64,000 nt of DNA from Amoebidium appalachense (Eukaryota > Protista > Ichthyosporea), in assembly GCA_963693365.1 (NCBI GenBank), contig CAVNZM010000002.1, positions 2,434,259-2,498,258 of the forward strand, written 5' to 3'. Made by a program: the position numbers and the translations under genes. Numbering within the stretch: position 1 is the first letter of the stretch; each line of letters begins with the position of its first letter. The notes beneath the pieces are model-generated. The model had not been told where the DNA came from. It was given only the letters and a program-made list of their open reading frames with translations, and did no database searches. This document shows positions 61,350-64,000 of this stretch, in pieces.

Positions 61350-63027
61350 ACAGGAGCACTCAGCCCTGAGTCCGCACTACACGGGGACTGTGGCTGGGGA
61401 TGCATCCAGCCGGGCGCATGGCTATTTCCGTGACGGGGTTTTTGACGGCGTGGTCTTTGCAGCCGACGACACATACTTCATCGAGCACGCATCAAAGTAC
61501 AACCATCCCTCCCCCCCCCCCCTCCCCATCCTCCCTCCCCCCACCCCCCTCCCCCCCCCCTCCCGCGCGGCCTTCCCCTGCCTCCAACCACCACTTCTAC
61601 AAACACACGCACATCATGCGGCATGAGGGAACATATGAGTGCACACTGTGCAAGCACCTGTGCACGCGTACACAAACACAAAGAGAGAATGAGAGAGGGG
61701 AGACAGAAAGGCGGGGTGGGGCGGGTGGGTGGGGGCGGGGGAGGGGGAGGGGGAAAGACGGAACGTGCACCACACACATGAGCCCAGACACACATGCAGA
61801 CGCACCCACAACGACGTTGCATACCACACACACCAAATACTCCCACACTACCCGTTCAGGGACTTTCAAACACTACTTTCCCCCCTTCAGTGCCTTTCTG
61901 TTGCCCTCCCATACCACCAACTCCTAGCCACCAATTCCTGTTCCTCTAACCTGAAATCCCGCACGTCCCAGGATACTCCCCTAATTCCCTCATCCCCTCC
62001 CCCTCCCCACCCCCCATCCCCACCCCCCACCCTCCCCCCCCTCCGGCTGAGTATTTTGAGTTCATTAACTTCGGGTCCATCTTTCCTCTTTCCCTCCTTC
62101 CGATGCAGTCACCCCTCACTTCCATTCCCTCTCTCATTACGTTCCCATCTCATCAGTAAACGAACCACAACAAAAATTACACTCATGATGATCGAAGAAA
62201 AGACAATTAACAATGATCGATTATCAGGTTTTTTCCGGAGGGCACCGATTTTCCAGCGGTGGCATATAAAGCGTCAGATGTGGTGACGCCCTCCCCACCT
62301 ACCGGAACAACGTGTGGAGTCACATCAACCATGAACAATGAAAACCAGGCAGATACACACACCACCCAGGTAGATACGGTGCATGTTATTGTTATTCCTA
62401 ATACGAACATAGTACTAAGCTGGTAGTATAACTCTGACTACTATTTCTCATTAGTGTATCATCAACGCCAGGCCTATGAAGCACGGCTTCCATCTTCTCT
62501 ATCATTTTTTGCTTCTACTAGTTGTTTAAGGGGAAAATCAACGGGCTGCTGTACTGTACTCTCTTTTTCTTTCTTTCTTTTCTCCTTTTCTCCTTTTTTT
62601 TCTTTGCCACTCACCCCAACCGTTTCCACTCTCACAGGTGCAAGGGCCATGGCACCACGGCCACACGTTTGGGTTAAGACGGCGCACTGTGTCTGGTGGC
62701 GGGGCAGTGAGCCCTGGGCGCAACACGTGCCTGATGAAGCTTGTGGCCGACCACACGTACTACCGCTACCTCGGCAGCAACACCGCAACAGTCACCAACG
62801 AGCTCGTCACCGTACGTGTGCCCTTTTTCTCTTTCCTCCCCCACCACCCCCCATCCCTCCCCCCCCCCCCCCCTCTTCCCCCTCCCCACCCCCTGACGTC
62901 CTCCCCCCCCCCCCCCCCCACCCCCCGAATGGGTTCTGTTCATGTTTCATGCTGTAAACGATATTGCTGATGTCCCATACTTACATGTATTAAAGACATG
63001 AATAATGCATACTCTCTCTCTCACACG

Positions 63028-63126
<99 letters not shown>

Positions 63127-63358
63127 GCGCGCGCATAGCATCCACACCCCACACCATCATACCCACGCACACACGCGTGCACACAAGCACAGGCACATGC
63201 CTCACATGGCTCCCTCCCCTCCCCCCCCCTCCACCCCACACACACTTACCCACCCTTCAATGCTGTATTACATACACACCGTCCCAAAAGCACACAAATT
63301 GGCCCACGCAGTCACCACAAGCACATACGTCAGTAACACGCACACACACACAAACAAA

Positions 63359-63421
<63 letters not shown>

Positions 63422-63469
63422 GCGCACGCACATACACGCACACGCACACGCACACGCACACACACACAT

Positions 63470-63527
<58 letters not shown>

Positions 63528-63757
63528 CTACCCACACGCACGTACACGATACATACCCTCCCCCCCCCCCTCCCCCCCACCCTCCCCTCCCCCCACCCAC
63601 CCGACACACACACACACACAGATCCTCAAGTCTGTCGACTACATCTACGGCAACACGACCTTCTTTGATGATTTCTCCATTCACGTGGCTCTTCACGGCA
63701 ACGAACCAATCACAATCGTCTCAGATCCAGACCACTATCCGGAAGCTTTCAACAAGG
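59045..63757 (+). CDS. ADAM10/kuzbanian-like metalloprotease, paralogue 2 (5' part only; continues beyond the window)
   Basis: Exons 59045-59184 (signal peptide [22 protein letters not shown]), 59401-59501, 60697-60869, 61354-61496, 62228-62369, 62638-62811, 63622-63757. From 60697 on, intron positions and phases match paralogue 1. The first two exons are inferred from phase consistency only. Confidence 0.85.
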
Positions 63758-64000
63758 GTAACCCCACCTAACCCCCCCCCCCCCTCTCCCCCCCCCCCCC
63801 TCTCCCCCCCCCTCCCTCCCCCCCCCCTCCCCCCCCCCCCCCCCCCCGGTCCCCCGCCCACCCCACCCAGACCCATCCCATCCCATCTCATCCCTTCCCT
63901 CTCCTAACCCCTCTCCTTTCCTTCCTTATCCCCCCCTCCCCGCCTATTCCCTCTCCCCTCCCCCTAAAGCCTCCCCTTCTCCATATCCCTCCATCCCTCC

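Overview
Eukaryotic genomic DNA with spliceosomal GT-AG introns that are packed with homopolymers and microsatellites (poly-C/G, (CA)/(TG), (CT)/(GA)). Most ORFs in the supplied track are translation artefacts of these repeats. I assembled exons by hand using splice signals, phase consistency and protein motifs, which gave six genes: a MAPEG-family membrane protein (+), an intronless AIM24/TIGR00266 protein (-), a 13-exon erythromycin-esterase-family protein (+), an ARHGAP32/33-like PX-SH3-SH3-RhoGAP (-), and two tandem ADAM10/kuzbanian-like metalloproteases (+; the second runs off the window). Two copies of one ~3.55 kb non-autonomous Ty3/gypsy-derived LTR element (480-bp LTRs, 5-bp TSDs, tRNA-Ser-type PBS, PPT, decayed pol) sit in alternating purine-pyrimidine DNA, one intergenic and one in a RhoGAP intron. 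The gene mix suggests a unicellular holozoan such as an ichthyosporean (inference only). The most notable observations are: (i) a polarised intron architecture with (GT)n/G-runs after donors and C-runs/(CA)n abutting acceptors, nested and complementary in several introns; (ii) an exact 18-nt tRNA-copy footprint of aberrant strand transfer in LTR copy 1; (iii) a branch-point (CTAAC) minisatellite before an acceptor; (iv) patchwork identity between the ADAM paralogues; (v) an unclassified short dispersed repeat. All gene models are manual and need RNA-seq confirmation.
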